Notes: generated by a model from the sequence alone, not told the origin. A stretch of 53,468 nucleotides of DNA from an uncultured Planctomycetia bacterium (GCA_964372395.1 CAYJQV010000007.1:1-53468), one strand, 5' to 3'. Positions 1 to 9,499 are shown, counted from the stretch's first letter. Translations and numbers: made by a program.

Positions 1-31
1 GGTTCTCATCCCGTCCCATATTCTCTAAGCG

Positions 32-115
32 TGCCGGGGGCGGGATTCGAACCCGCACGCCCCTTTCGGAGCAGAGGCTTTTAAGGCCTCAATGTCTACG
101 TTCCATCACCCCGGC
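32..115 (-). tRNA. tRNA-Leu (anticodon TAA), class II
   Basis: Reverse complement folds as a cloverleaf. Acceptor GCCGGGG/CCCCGGC, anticodon stem GAGGC/GCCTC with loop CTTAAAA, long variable arm TGCTCCGAAAGGGGCG, T arm GCGGG-TTCGAAT-CCCGC. CCA not encoded. Confidence 0.9.
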
Positions 116-144
116 CGCCAAGCGCCGCAAGAAGTACGCCGAAA

Positions 145-216
145 AGGCGCGGATCGGAATCGAACCGATGAATAACGGTTTTGCAGACCGTTGCCTTACC
201 ACTTGGCTACCGCGCC
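145..216 (-). tRNA. tRNA-Cys (anticodon GCA)
   Basis: Reverse complement is GGCGCGGTAGCCAAGTGGTAAGGCAACGGTCTGCAAAACCGTTATTCATCGGTTCGATTCCGATCCGCGCC. Anticodon stem ACGGT/ACCGT with loop CTGCAAA; T loop TTCGATT. Confidence 0.9.
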
Positions 217-251
217 GTCACAGAGGGAAACGTGCTGATGAGTAAAACAGG

Positions 252-962
252 TCACGAACGGGAGGTGGGCTGCCGGTGGGCGAGGATCTGCTCCACGGTG
301 TCGAGGATGCGGCCGGCGAGGAGATCCTTTTTCATCGAGCGAAAGGCCTTCGCCCTTCCCTGGCGGTCGAGGATCGTCCCGTCCACCGGGGCGGTGCCGA
401 AGGGGCTGTTCCCCCCCGGGGTCTGAGAGAGCTGGGTGGCCACGATGGCATCCAGGTCCTTGCTCTTCAGCTTGGCCTTCGCGTTGGAGAGCATGTTCTC
501 CGTCTCGAGGGCAAAGCCTATGATCGCCTGGGTGGCTTTGCGCTGGCGGGCCGCCTCCGCGACGATGTCGGGGTTTTCAATGAGCTCGAGCTGCCAGAGC
601 CGCATGGAGCCCACCGCGCCCGAACGCTTGATCTTTTTGCTGGCGGTCCGGATCGGCCGGAAATCGGCCACCGCCGCCCCCATGATCAGCGCGTCCATCT
701 TCGGGAACAGGCGAGCCACCGCCTGCCGCAGCTCCCCGGCGGTAACCACATCCACCTGCCGGACTCCCCTGGGAGGGGTGAGCTCCGTCGGGCCGCTCAC
801 CAGCGTGACCCGATGGCCCCGCGCCTTTGCCAGGCGGGCCAGGGCGTAGCCCAGCGTTCCGGTGGAGTAGTTGGAGATGAATCGGACCGGATCGATCGGC
901 TCCCGGGTTGGACCCGCGGTGATCAGGAGGCGAAATGCGCGCCGGCGTCGATGGTGTGCCAT
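252..962 (-). CDS. coaB: phosphopantothenate-cysteine ligase (CoaB), stand-alone
   Basis: 236-aa ORF with LLITAGPTREPIDPVRFISNYSTGTLGYALA, typical of the CoaB half of CoaBC. Confidence 0.85.
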   Translation of the reverse strand: MAHHRRRRAFRLLITAGPTREPIDPVRFISNYSTGTLGYALARLAKARGHRVTLVSGPTELTPPRGVRQVDVVTAGELRQAVARLFPKMDALIMGAAVADFRPIRTASKKIKRSGAVGSMRLWQLELIENPDIVAEAARQRKATQAIIGFALETENMLSNAKAKLKSKDLDAIVATQLSQTPGGNSPFGTAPVDGTILDRQGRAKAFRSMKKDLLAGRILDTVEQILAHRQPTSRS

Positions 963-990
963 GCGATCCGATCCATACCGTCAAGGTACC

Positions 991-1563
991 TCATCCGCCC
1001 TTTTTCCTCAAGGCCCCAAGCCGCCTGCGGACGGCTGCCACGATGTCGGCGTTGTCGGCGATGTGCCCCATCCCGACCTCCCGGCAGGCCATCTCCCCCT
1101 CGATGGGTCCGATGAACTCGTAGCCGAGCTTCTTGAGCTGTGCCAGGTTCCGCTGCGTCACCGGGTGTGTGTACATCCGGGCGTTCATCGCCGGCACCAG
1201 GAGCACCGGCGCCTCCGTCGCAAAGAGCAGGCACATGAGCAGATCGTCGCAGATCCCGCCAGCCAGCTTCCCCAGGACGTTCAGGGTGGCGGGGCAGACC
1301 ATCACCAGATCCGCCTGCGCGGAGAGGCCCGTATGCACCAGATCCCACTCCTCCGGAAGCTCGAACACGTCGGAGTAGACCCGGTTGCCCGACAGCGTCT
1401 GGAAGGTGAGGGGCGTCACGAACCGCGTCGCCTCCGGCGTCATCACCACGTGCACCTGCAGGCCCGGATCTTTACGCAGGGTGCTCACCAGATCGCAGGT
1501 CCGGTAGCAGGCGATGGAGCCGGTGACGCCGATCACCAGCTGTCTCGCCGCCGCGTGCCTCAT
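991..1563 (-). CDS. coaC: phosphopantothenoylcysteine decarboxylase flavoprotein (CoaC), stand-alone
   Basis: 190-aa ORF with VIGVTGSIACYRTCDLVSTLRK and VMTPEATRFVTPLTFQ. Its own TGA stop lies 28 nt upstream of the coaB start. Confidence 0.85.
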   Translation of the reverse strand: MRHAAARQLVIGVTGSIACYRTCDLVSTLRKDPGLQVHVVMTPEATRFVTPLTFQTLSGNRVYSDVFELPEEWDLVHTGLSAQADLVMVCPATLNVLGKLAGGICDDLLMCLLFATEAPVLLVPAMNARMYTHPVTQRNLAQLKKLGYEFIGPIEGEMACREVGMGHIADNADIVAAVRRRLGALRKKGG

Positions 1564-1784
1564 CCCTTCGAGGGCTTCTTCAGCTTCAAGGTGATCTTCC
1601 CCTCGATCGCCTCCCGCAGGGCGATGAGGGCCGGCTTCTCCTTCGGGCCGGCCTCCACCAGCTTCGGCGAGCCCTCGCTCAGCTCCAGCGCCCGACGGGC
1701 AGCCAGGTTCACCAGCTTGTACATCGATCCCACCCGCTCCAGCAGCTTTTCCAAGGAAATCTCCTTCCGATTCTCAGCACTCAT
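1560..1784 (-). CDS. rpoZ: RNA polymerase omega subunit
   Basis: KLLERVGSMYKLVNLAARRALEL motif. Start taken at MSAENRK (ATG 1784), which overlaps the gmk stop as ATGA. Confidence 0.85.
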   Translation of the reverse strand: MSAENRKEISLEKLLERVGSMYKLVNLAARRALELSEGSPKLVEAGPKEKPALIALREAIEGKITLKLKKPSKG

Positions 1785-2374
1785 CCCGTCCCATCCCATC
1801 CTGTTTGCGTCCGGTGCCGTTCCGCCCGCACGATGGTCCGAATCGCGGCCACCGCATCCTGCAGGCGGTCATTGACCACCGCGTAGTCATACCGCTTGAC
1901 CTCCCTCATCTCCCGGTGCGCCAGCCGCAGCCGCTGCCGGATTTGGCGGGAGCTCTCCGTGCCCCTGCGCCTCAGCCGCTCGCCCAGCACCTTCCATGAG
2001 GGCGGCAGCAGAAAGATCGTCGTCACGGGCAATCCGCTGCGCCGAACCGACCGGGCCCCCTGGATGTCAATCCCCAGAAAGACGTCCCTGCCCGCACGCA
2101 GGGCCCGTTCGATCGGCTTGCGCGGGGTGCCATACCAATGCCCCAGGATCCGCGCCGACTCGAGGAAACCGCCGTCCGCCCTCTCCCTGAGGAACCGCTG
2201 CGGGGAGAGGAAGCGATAGTCCCGCCCGCGGCGTTCCCCCCGACGCGGGGCACGCGTCGTGGCGGAGACGGAGCGGACGGCGTCCTTCTCCCTTCGCAGC
2301 AGCGCATGAAGCACGGTCGTCTTGCCGCTGCCCGAGGGAGCCGAGAGGACAAACAACCGGCCGCTTCTCCTCAT
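1781..2374 (-). CDS. gmk: guanylate kinase
   Basis: P-loop LFVLSAPSGSGKTT, then SATTRAPRRGE and HWYGT motifs. Confidence 0.92.
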   Translation of the reverse strand: MRRSGRLFVLSAPSGSGKTTVLHALLRREKDAVRSVSATTRAPRRGERRGRDYRFLSPQRFLRERADGGFLESARILGHWYGTPRKPIERALRAGRDVFLGIDIQGARSVRRSGLPVTTIFLLPPSWKVLGERLRRRGTESSRQIRQRLRLAHREMREVKRYDYAVVNDRLQDAVAAIRTIVRAERHRTQTGWDGTG

Positions 2375-2393
2375 TCGAGGAAAGGGGTTCCCC

Positions 2394-3311
2394 TCATTCG
2401 AGGTTGGCGGCCTGCTCCCGGATCTTCTCCACCTGCCCCTTCATCTCGACCACCCAGCGCACGAGGGAGCGGTCGCGCAGCTTGGATCCCAGGGTGTTCA
2501 CCTCCCGATGGAGCTCCTGGGCCAGGAAATCGATCGTCCGGCCGGGGCTGGTCCCCTTGCCCGGGGAGGAGCGCCCCTTCAGCGCCGCGTTCAGGGCAGC
2601 CAGATGCGAGTCCATCCGATCCAGCTCCTCGCGGACATCGGCGGACTGGACCAGAGCAGCCGCTTCCGTCGTCACGGTCTTTGGATCCGGCTGCCCGCCG
2701 GGGAGGCTCCGGCTGAGGAGCCGAATCCGGGCAGCCAGCCGCCGCTCCAGATCGGCCTGAATCTGCCTGCCTTGGCGCCGGATCTTGCCGGTCAGATCCT
2801 CCAACCGCGCGGCCAGCTGCCGAAGGACCCTCTCCAGCCGCTGGCCCTCCTTCCGGCGCATCTGGACCGCCTGCCGGAGCGCGCGCTGAACGGTCGCCTC
2901 CACCCTCGGCCATTGCTCCGCACCCGCCCCTTCCCGCTCCTGCACCGTCACGACCCGCGGCAGATTCAGGAGCATCGGCAAGGTAATCTCCCCTTTCACC
3001 TTGAGTCGGTGCTGCAGCCTCCGGAGCTGTCCGGCATACGACCGGGCGAGCCCCTCGTCGAAGGCCACGGGGAGCGATTCCCCCGTCGGGCGGACCATCA
3101 CCGAGACCCGGACCTGGCCCCGCTGGATCCAGCGCCCCACCGCCTGCCGCAGATTCTCCTCGAATGCCTGAAGGCCTTCCGGCAGCCGGGCCTCCACCTC
3201 CAGGAATCGGTGGTTGACGGTGCGCACCTCCACGACCGCCCGGCCGGCGCCGCCCTGGCGGCGGGGCAGCGTCGCCTCCGCCCGGCCGAACCCCGTCATG
3301 CTGGCAAGCAT
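2394..3311 (-). CDS. yicC: YicC-family stress-induced protein
   Basis: True N-terminus is MLASMTGFGRAE followed by VEVRTVNHRFLE. The 721-aa track ORF (2394..4559) is a spurious upstream extension through pckA. C-terminal REEL.R...HL and EIDFLAQEL-like motifs are present. Confidence 0.85.
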   Translation of the reverse strand: MLASMTGFGRAEATLPRRQGGAGRAVVEVRTVNHRFLEVEARLPEGLQAFEENLRQAVGRWIQRGQVRVSVMVRPTGESLPVAFDEGLARSYAGQLRRLQHRLKVKGEITLPMLLNLPRVVTVQEREGAGAEQWPRVEATVQRALRQAVQMRRKEGQRLERVLRQLAARLEDLTGKIRRQGRQIQADLERRLAARIRLLSRSLPGGQPDPKTVTTEAAALVQSADVREELDRMDSHLAALNAALKGRSSPGKGTSPGRTIDFLAQELHREVNTLGSKLRDRSLVRWVVEMKGQVEKIREQAANLE

Positions 3312-4960
3312 GTCGTGCTCGTTCGGACCCCGGCGCGAATGCGCGGGTTGAGGCGCGCAAAACCCTCCAGGTACGCCGCCCGCTCCTCCAGGAGCTGCTT
3401 GGTGAGAGATTGAATCTGGGAGGGCGTGTAATACCGGTCCAGCCGAAAGCGCTCCATCTCCACCCCGTCCACCCGGCGCGGGACCTGCGTGCCGAAGAGG
3501 GAATCCTCCTCCCACTCGATGCTCCCGCGCGCGATGCCGCGGATGATCGCCGCCATCTCCGGGATCTGCACCCGGGTGACCTTCTGCCGGACGAGGCGGG
3601 TCCCGTCGGGCTGGCGCTCGACCAGCTCGCCGACCCCGCCGGTGTTCAGGAGGTAGCAGGAGACCTTGCTGCCGTACCGCTCGAGGAACTCCAGGAACCG
3701 GTTGCCCTCCTCGGCCTCGTCTCCCACGATGAAGGGGTTGGTTCCCACGACCCGGACCGATTCCCCCGTCCGCCGCGGGTCTCCGCCGGAGGATTCGACC
3801 GATTCCCCCAGCATGAACGCAGCGGCCGCCTGCTCGAGGGTGAGCTTGGAGGCAATGGGGACCACCGTGTTGCGCCGGGTGATGAAGGCGATCACCATGC
3901 CGTCCACCTCGGACAACGGCGGCAGGTTCGGCTCGGCCGCCTTCAAGGCCCCGAAGTCGTTCCACTGCACCACCCCCCGGCCGTTGGAGGTCAATGTCTC
4001 GTCGTTGAAATCGACCTCTCCCCGGTGGTCCACCAGCACGTTTTCCAGCACGGCATCCGGCTGGGTCGCCACCCGGTAGAGGAGCGGCTGGGTCTCGGGG
4101 TCCAGGCCCTCTGTTTTCAGGTAGAAGCCCCGCTCCGTGCCCAGCGCCGAGCCGTCGGGCCGCATGAAGACGACGTCGTCCTGCACGACCCCGATTCCCT
4201 CGCCCTCCCCGTCCAGCCCGTGCCCATGGCAGGTGTGGGTGGTCTTGCCGGTCGCCGTCAGGCCGAAGAGGAGCATGGAGATCCGGCGCAGCTTCCCGGT
4301 CCGGGCATCGCGCGCCGTGATGAGCTTCGCCCCGGCGTGCACCCCGAGCATCCCCATCTTCTTGACGTTCCACATCGCCATCCGGAGATGCCCCTTCTTG
4401 GACTCTCCCAGATAGTCGGAGCCCAGGACGAGGGTGACGTTCTCCTCCGGGAAGACCAGGATCTGCCGCGCCTGCTCCGGCCATTCCGGGATGTACAGGA
4501 GGTGCTGGAAAGGGCCGCTGGCCTTTCCGCCGCCGGCGGGAAAGAGCAGGCAGCTCCACATGTAGGCGATCCGGACCATCTCCGGCCGGGCGATTGACAC
4601 CGTTGTCCGGCAGGTCGGCGTGAAATGGGGATTCTCCCCCATCCTTCTCTCCACGCAGAGCAGCGGGGCCTTCTGGATGTACCGCCGCACCGCCTCGAGC
4701 GTCTGCGGCAGCTTTCTCAGGATCTCCTCCTTCCGGGGAGAGAGCGGCCCGGTCTGAACCTCTGGCGGCCCCACCACCACCGTCGCTCCAGCGGAGCGGT
4801 TCTTCACCATCGTGTGGAAGGCGTAGTTGCCGAACTGAGTCCGGGTGCCGCAGCGTTCCCCCTCCCGGCGCAGCTCCTGGTCGCTCAGGCGGCGGACGTT
4901 CGGCTGGCGATAGAGCGCCTCAATCGCCGGCAGGATGGAGGGGGTGGAACTCACGCCCAT
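3296..4960 (-). CDS. pckA: phosphoenolpyruvate carboxykinase (ATP)-like
   Basis: 554 aa. Kinase-1a-like LLFGLTATGKTT, then QDDVVFMRPDG..ERGFYLKTEGL and YLLNTGGVGE, which resemble ATP-PEPCK motifs. The sequence is divergent. Confidence 0.6.
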   Translation of the reverse strand: MGVSSTPSILPAIEALYRQPNVRRLSDQELRREGERCGTRTQFGNYAFHTMVKNRSAGATVVVGPPEVQTGPLSPRKEEILRKLPQTLEAVRRYIQKAPLLCVERRMGENPHFTPTCRTTVSIARPEMVRIAYMWSCLLFPAGGGKASGPFQHLLYIPEWPEQARQILVFPEENVTLVLGSDYLGESKKGHLRMAMWNVKKMGMLGVHAGAKLITARDARTGKLRRISMLLFGLTATGKTTHTCHGHGLDGEGEGIGVVQDDVVFMRPDGSALGTERGFYLKTEGLDPETQPLLYRVATQPDAVLENVLVDHRGEVDFNDETLTSNGRGVVQWNDFGALKAAEPNLPPLSEVDGMVIAFITRRNTVVPIASKLTLEQAAAAFMLGESVESSGGDPRRTGESVRVVGTNPFIVGDEAEEGNRFLEFLERYGSKVSCYLLNTGGVGELVERQPDGTRLVRQKVTRVQIPEMAAIIRGIARGSIEWEEDSLFGTQVPRRVDGVEMERFRLDRYYTPSQIQSLTKQLLEERAAYLEGFARLNPRIRAGVRTSTTCLPA

Positions 4961-5454
4961 TGTCGGACGCTAGCGTCTTTGACGGCGACCTTCTTGGTGG
5001 GATAGATGTCCAGGATGATCTCGCTCGGCTGAAACCAGAGCTTGATCTCCCGTTCCGCCTCCTTCTCGTCGCTCGAGGCGTGGATGACGTTCTCGTACAG
5101 GCCGCTGGAGCGGATCCGCCCGAACGATCCGCGGATCGATGTGGGGGAGGCCTCCTCGGGGTTGGTTTCGCCGGCCAGCTCCCGGACCTTCGCGATCGCC
5201 TGATCCCCCCAGTACACCAGCGCCATCACCTTGCGACGGTCGTGCAGCTCCCCCTGCAGATAGCGGATGAGCTCCGGATAGAACCGCTTCTCCTTCAGAT
5301 GCTGATAATGCGCCTGCGCCAGCTCCTTCGAGACCCGCGTGACCTTTGCCGCGACGATCTCCAGCTTGGTCTCCGACAACCGGGTCAGGATGTTGCCCGT
5401 CAGCGACCGAACCAATCCATCCGGCTTGATGAGGACCAGCGTCTGCTGAATCAT
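4951..5454 (-). CDS. ndk: nucleoside diphosphate kinase
   Basis: QQTLVLIKPDG, IRGSFG and NVIHASSDEKEAEREIKLWF motifs. Confidence 0.9.
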   Translation of the reverse strand: MIQQTLVLIKPDGLVRSLTGNILTRLSETKLEIVAAKVTRVSKELAQAHYQHLKEKRFYPELIRYLQGELHDRRKVMALVYWGDQAIAKVRELAGETNPEEASPTSIRGSFGRIRSSGLYENVIHASSDEKEAEREIKLWFQPSEIILDIYPTKKVAVKDASVRQWA

Positions 5455-5505
5455 GGAAAACCACTATTCTATATCCCCGCACCCCGTTCCACGACAGAAA
5501 TCTGG

Positions 5506-6363
5506 TCAGCTCAGCCGGCTCAGGATCCGGTCGAGCTCCTTGAGCGAGTAATAGGCGATCCGGATCCAGCCCCGCGACTTCCCGTGCAGGATATGCACCC
5601 TCGTCCCCAGCGACCGCTGCAGCTTCTCTTCCGCAGCCACCAGATGCGGGTCCCGGCTGCGCCCCCCGGCCCGGCGCTTGCCCGGCTCCGTCATCTCCTG
5701 CACGATCCGCTCCACCTGCCGGACCGAGAGCCCGCCCGCCACCGCCCGCCTGGCCACCGCCGTCTGAGACCGCTCCGAGCCCAGCCCCAAAATCGCCCGC
5801 CCATGCCCCAGACTCAGCCGGCCCTGCGCCACCTCCTGCTGAACCTCGCCGGGCAGCCGGAGCAGCCGAACCGTGTTCGCCACCGTGGCACGATCCTTTC
5901 CCACCGCAGAGGCGATCTCCTCCTGGCTCATCTCAAACTCCCCGCCCAGCCGCTCGAACGCCCGCGCCTGCTCGATCGGGTTGAGCTCCTCCCTCTGAAG
6001 ATTCTCCACCAGGGCCAGCCCCAGCGCTCCCCGGTCATCCGCCTGCCGCACAACCACTGGAGCTTCGGTCTCCCCTAACAACTTCAATGCACGGAGTCTC
6101 CTTTCTCCGGCAATTAGCTCATATTCTGGTCCAACTACTCCACCTGTCGACGATTTCCTGACCAAAAGTGGGTAAATTAAACCACTATCCCGTATGGAGT
6201 CAGCTAACTCACGTATCTTGGACTCATCCAGGTCCTTCCTGGGCTGGAATCGGTTCCCCGCGATCGACTCCAGTGGAACCTTGCTGATTTCCGCCTGGGA
6301 CAGCGGGGATCCCTCCGGGATCAGCGCCCGTATTCCCTTGCCCAACCCACGCATTTCCGGCAT
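5506..6363 (-). CDS. parB: chromosome partitioning protein ParB/Spo0J
   Basis: GLGKGIRALIP, NRFQPRKDLDE, LIYPLLVR and ELIAGERRLRA motifs plus an HTH. Confidence 0.92.
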   Translation of the reverse strand: MPEMRGLGKGIRALIPEGSPLSQAEISKVPLESIAGNRFQPRKDLDESKIRELADSIRDSGLIYPLLVRKSSTGGVVGPEYELIAGERRLRALKLLGETEAPVVVRQADDRGALGLALVENLQREELNPIEQARAFERLGGEFEMSQEEIASAVGKDRATVANTVRLLRLPGEVQQEVAQGRLSLGHGRAILGLGSERSQTAVARRAVAGGLSVRQVERIVQEMTEPGKRRAGGRSRDPHLVAAEEKLQRSLGTRVHILHGKSRGWIRIAYYSLKELDRILSRLS

Positions 6364-7126
6364 AGAGATTCTCCTTTCGAATCTTCTGGGCCAGCGCCTG
6401 GTAGGCCTGCGCCCCTGATGAGTTTGGGTCGTACAGGCAAATCGGCATCCCCCGGCTCGGCGACTCGCTCAACCGTACCGACCGGGGCACGACCGTCTCG
6501 TACACCTTGCTTCCGAAGAACCTTCTGACCTCGGCGATCACGTCACTGGTAAGGCGCGTCCGAAAATCGGCCATGGTCAGCAGAACCCCCTCGATGGCGA
6601 GTGCCTGATTGAGGCCACCCTGGACCATCCGGATTGTCTCCAGAAGCTGGCTCAGCCCCTCCAGGGCGTAATACTCGCACTGCAGCGGGATCAGAACAGA
6701 ATCGGCAGCGGCCAGGGCATTGACCGTCAGAAGCCCCAGCGAGGGAGGGCTGTCGACGAAGATGAGCTCGTAGGAGGATCGCGCCGTGGCCAGGAGCTCG
6801 CGCAGGCGGGACTCTCGCCTCTCCAGAGCTACCAGCTCCACCTCCGCACCGCTCAAGCCGACGTGCGAGGGGGCGAGGAAAAGGTTGGGGATCTGAGTGG
6901 CCAGGATGATCGGTTCCAGCGGACTCTCCCCGACGAGGGCATCGTACACCGACTGCTTCACCGATCGCTTGTCGATCCCCAGACCGCCCGTGGCATTGGC
7001 CTGCGGGTCCAGGTCCACCAGAAGAACGCGCACACCCTCCAGCGCAAGCGCGCCGGAAAGGTTCACCGCAGAGGTGGTCTTACCCACCCCTCCCTTTTGG
7101 TTACAGACGGCGATGACCTTGGCCAT
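6224..7126 (-). CDS. parA: chromosome partitioning ATPase ParA/Soj with a C-terminal read-through extension
   Basis: Deviant Walker A in MAKVIAVCNQKGGVGKTTSAVNLS. The ORF continues about 46 codons past the usual ParA end (..AQKIRKE) and overlaps parB by 140 nt. Confidence 0.9.
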   Translation of the reverse strand: MAKVIAVCNQKGGVGKTTSAVNLSGALALEGVRVLLVDLDPQANATGGLGIDKRSVKQSVYDALVGESPLEPIILATQIPNLFLAPSHVGLSGAEVELVALERRESRLRELLATARSSYELIFVDSPPSLGLLTVNALAAADSVLIPLQCEYYALEGLSQLLETIRMVQGGLNQALAIEGVLLTMADFRTRLTSDVIAEVRRFFGSKVYETVVPRSVRLSESPSRGMPICLYDPNSSGAQAYQALAQKIRKENLYAGNAWVGQGNTGADPGGIPAVPGGNQQGSTGVDRGEPIPAQEGPG

Positions 7127-7131
7127 ACCGG

Positions 7132-7147
7132 TGTTCCACGTGGAACA
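7132..7147. other. parS-like centromere site, TGTTCCACGTGGAACA
   Basis: Perfect 16-bp palindrome immediately upstream of the parA start. It differs from consensus parS TGTTTCACGTGAAACA only at one symmetric position pair. Confidence 0.7.
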
Positions 7148-7162
7148 GGCCCGTCCGCGGCT

Positions 7163-8764
7163 TCAGCCGCGTCGCTTCCCCAGACGCAGGATCAGGAGCT
7201 GCTGCGCCACCATGAAAAGCGAGTTGGCGACCCAGTATAGCATGAAACCAGACGGCAGATGGTAGAAGAAGACGAGCAGGAACAGGGGGAAGAACTTGAA
7301 GATCTGCTGCTGAATCTTCTGCTCCTCGGTCATCTCAATCGGCTTGCGCTGCATGAGCTGCTGCTGATAGAACATCGCCACGGTGGCCAGCACCGGGAGG
7401 ATGTTGAAGCTCTGCCCGATGAGCGGCAGCGCCGCCGGAAATCGGATGAGCGCGTCGGGCGCAGAGAGGTCGTTCACCCATAGGAATCCGGCCCCCCGCA
7501 GCTCCGGGGCTCGGTTGAGCACCTGGTACAGCGCGATGTAAACCGGCATCGTGAAGAGGACCGGCAGGCAGCCCAGGCATCCCGATGCCGGGTTGATCCC
7601 GTGTTTCCGGTAGAGCTGCATCAGCTCCTGATTCATCTTCGCCGGGTTGTTCGCATGCTCCTTGCGGATCCTCTGCTCCTGGGGCCGCACGGCGGTCATC
7701 TTCTCCATGGTTTTGGTGCTCATCCGCATCCCGTACCAGGTGATCGGCGAGAAGGGAACCCAGACCGCGAAGCTCAGGAAGCAGATTGCCAGCCCGTAGT
7801 TGTGCAGCCATCCGTAGCTCCAGTTCAGGAATTGAGTCAGCAGGAGGGTGATCCCGGAAAAGGCCCCGAACGAGAGGGCCTGTTCCATTCCCGCCTCACG
7901 CAGGGAGTTCATGTCCAGCGGCCCAACGTAAAGCTCGAACTGCCACTTCCGGCTGGCCCCGGGAGTGATCTCCCCGGAGAGCTCAACCCAGCCAACCTCT
8001 CCCTGACCAGGAAGATGTTCCACGTGGAACACCCCGGAGTCACTCAGCGCCTTGACCACAAGGGTGTGCGATTTCCCCTGGGCCGCCAGCAAGTTTGGTA
8101 TCGCGTCGAAACGCCTCACCCCGCCCGGCCTCAGCCTCAGATCAACCTCCTTCTCTCCCTCCCACGCCAGGCCCCTGACGAATTGCTGTTCCTGCGGCGA
8201 GGCCGCGCGCAGCGCCCGGTAAAGAACGAAGAGCCCCGAGAGTCTCTGGGCGTTGCCTGAGCGGTTCCTGACCTCGAGCGAGCATTCCCATAGCCGGTCG
8301 GGCAGGCGGCTGGATGGGGCGATGCGGCGTACCCACTGGAGCGAGCCCTCAGCCGATGCCGACTCGCTGACCAACGCCCCATCCCTCTGCAGGGTCGAGA
8401 AAGGGCCCAGCCCGTCATCCGGAGCCCGAATCTCCAGCCAGCCGGGTTGCGCCTCCTGGAGAAGAACCTCGCCGCCGTACGATAGGTCCCGGACACCCCC
8501 GTTGGTGCGTCCGATGGCCAGACGTGCCTGCCCCAGCTGGAAATCAAGAACCCCCTCCCCAGATTTCAAGAGGAGCTCAGCTGAATCCGGCCTGACTGGC
8601 GTTGGAGCAGCAGGTCGTTCGCCAAGAGAAGAAGTGCCCTCTCTGAGGCCGGGTGGCCCCCCTCTCGGGGCAGGGGGTACCGGCGCAGGAAGCAGAACAG
8701 ACCAGAGGGCCATGATGAGCAGTATCAGCGAGAAGGCAGCGATAAACCTCTGCTCAGAGTTCAT
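7163..8764 (-). CDS. yidC: membrane protein insertase YidC
   Basis: NYGLAI...MR...KM..V.P....I.....[19 protein letters not shown] and CLPVL.Q.P motifs. Start chosen at MNSEQRF (ATG 8764), which overlaps the yidD stop as ATGA. Confidence 0.9.
   Translation of the reverse strand: MNSEQRFIAAFSLILLIMALWSVLLPAPVPPAPRGGPPGLREGTSSLGERPAAPTPVRPDSAELLLKSGEGVLDFQLGQARLAIGRTNGGVRDLSYGGEVLLQEAQPGWLEIRAPDDGLGPFSTLQRDGALVSESASAEGSLQWVRRIAPSSRLPDRLWECSLEVRNRSGNAQRLSGLFVLYRALRAASPQEQQFVRGLAWEGEKEVDLRLRPGGVRRFDAIPNLLAAQGKSHTLVVKALSDSGVFHVEHLPGQGEVGWVELSGEITPGASRKWQFELYVGPLDMNSLREAGMEQALSFGAFSGITLLLTQFLNWSYGWLHNYGLAICFLSFAVWVPFSPITWYGMRMSTKTMEKMTAVRPQEQRIRKEHANNPAKMNQELMQLYRKHGINPASGCLGCLPVLFTMPVYIALYQVLNRAPELRGAGFLWVNDLSAPDALIRFPAALPLIGQSFNILPVLATVAMFYQQQLMQRKPIEMTEEQKIQQQIFKFFPLFLLVFFYHLPSGFMLYWVANSLFMVAQQLLILRLGKRRG
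8016..8031. other. second identical parS-like site, inside the yidC CDS
   Basis: Exact second copy of TGTTCCACGTGGAACA. It encodes VFHVEH in yidC. Confidence 0.65.
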
Positions 8765-9099
8765 CGCTCCGGCTGGCGCCCCCGCGATCGCTCCGGGACC
8801 GGATCCAGTCCCCCCCGATGCCCCGGGTGGCATCGGAGGATCCTCTGCATAGTCAAGGCGAGTCCCCTCATCATCCCGTGCTTCGAAAAAGCGGCCTCGG
8901 CATACTCCGAGCAGGTTGGCCAGAAGCGGCACATACCGTAATTCAACATTCCCGATCCCTTAACTGCACGGTAAACGGCGATCGCCGCTAACGCCACCCG
9001 ACTCCCCCAGGGATTGCCTGACGACACAGCTCGAGAAATCTCCTCTCCGCCTCCTGATAGGTGAGCCCCGCGGGGCATCTTGAGACGACCGCCAGCCAA
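8761..9099 (-). CDS. yidD: membrane protein insertion efficiency factor YidD (start uncertain)
   Basis: AVYRAV....[30 protein letters not shown]...GG.DPVP motif. The N-terminus of the track ORF overlaps rnpA and is probably too long. Confidence 0.8.
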   Translation of the reverse strand: MAGGRLKMPRGAHLSGGGEEISRAVSSGNPWGSRVALAAIAVYRAVKGSGMLNYGMCRFWPTCSEYAEAAFSKHGMMRGLALTMQRILRCHPGHRGGLDPVPERSRGRQPER

Positions 9100-9338
9100 T
9101 CGTACCCGGCCGCGGTCTCGCCGGGATTGCGCCGGAACGCCTCCCGAAGCCAGCGCTTGATCCGATTCCGGCCCACGGCGCCCGATGCCGCGCCCCGCCG
9201 AACGGTACAGCCGAACCGGGCGGTCGCGCCTCCGTTCGCCAAAACCTTCAGCATCAGCCAGTCCGCCCGGTAGCCCTGCCCCTGCCGCAGGATTCGCTGG
9301 AAAACGATTCTTCCGGAGAGCCGTTGAGACCGTCGCAG
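8988..9338 (-). CDS. rnpA: RNase P protein component; likely non-ATG start
   Basis: [13 protein letters not shown] motif. The conserved N-terminal segment [23 protein letters not shown] lies upstream of the first ATG (9254) in the same frame. No ATG/GTG/TTG is available there; a CTG at 9338 would give 116 aa. Confidence 0.75.
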   Translation of the reverse strand: MRRSQRLSGRIVFQRILRQGQGYRADWLMLKVLANGGATARFGCTVRRGAASGAVGRNRIKRWLREAFRRNPGETAAGYDWLAVVSRCPAGLTYQEAERRFLELCRQAIPGGVGWR

Positions 9339-9361
9339 CTGCTGAGGGGATGGGGGTCGTC

Positions 9362-9499
9362 TTAAGGGACCAATCGGTGGCGTCCCTTTTGGCGCCGGCG
9401 CCGAAGGACCTTGCGTCCCCCCCGCCGGGCCATCCGCCGACGAAAGCCGTGCCGACGCCTGCGCTTGAGCAAGGAAATCGGACGGAGGTGCTTCTTCAC
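9362..9499 (-). CDS. rpmH: 50S ribosomal protein L34
   Basis: Not in the ORF track (45 aa, GTG start). Translation is [45 protein letters not shown], the classical rpmH upstream of rnpA. Confidence 0.9.
   Translation of the reverse strand: MKKHLRPISLLKRRRRHGFRRRMARRGGRKVLRRRRQKGRHRLVP

Noticed and set aside
5-19. 15-nt identity CTCATCCCGTCCCAT with 1780..1794.
   Set aside because: About one such match is expected by chance in a window of this size and composition. No further similarity extends from it.
3312-4559. N-terminal 415-aa extension of the 721-aa ORF 2394..4559.
   Set aside because: The YicC homology starts at MLASMTGFG (3311). The upstream part is an out-of-frame overlap with the pckA-like gene and is low-complexity.
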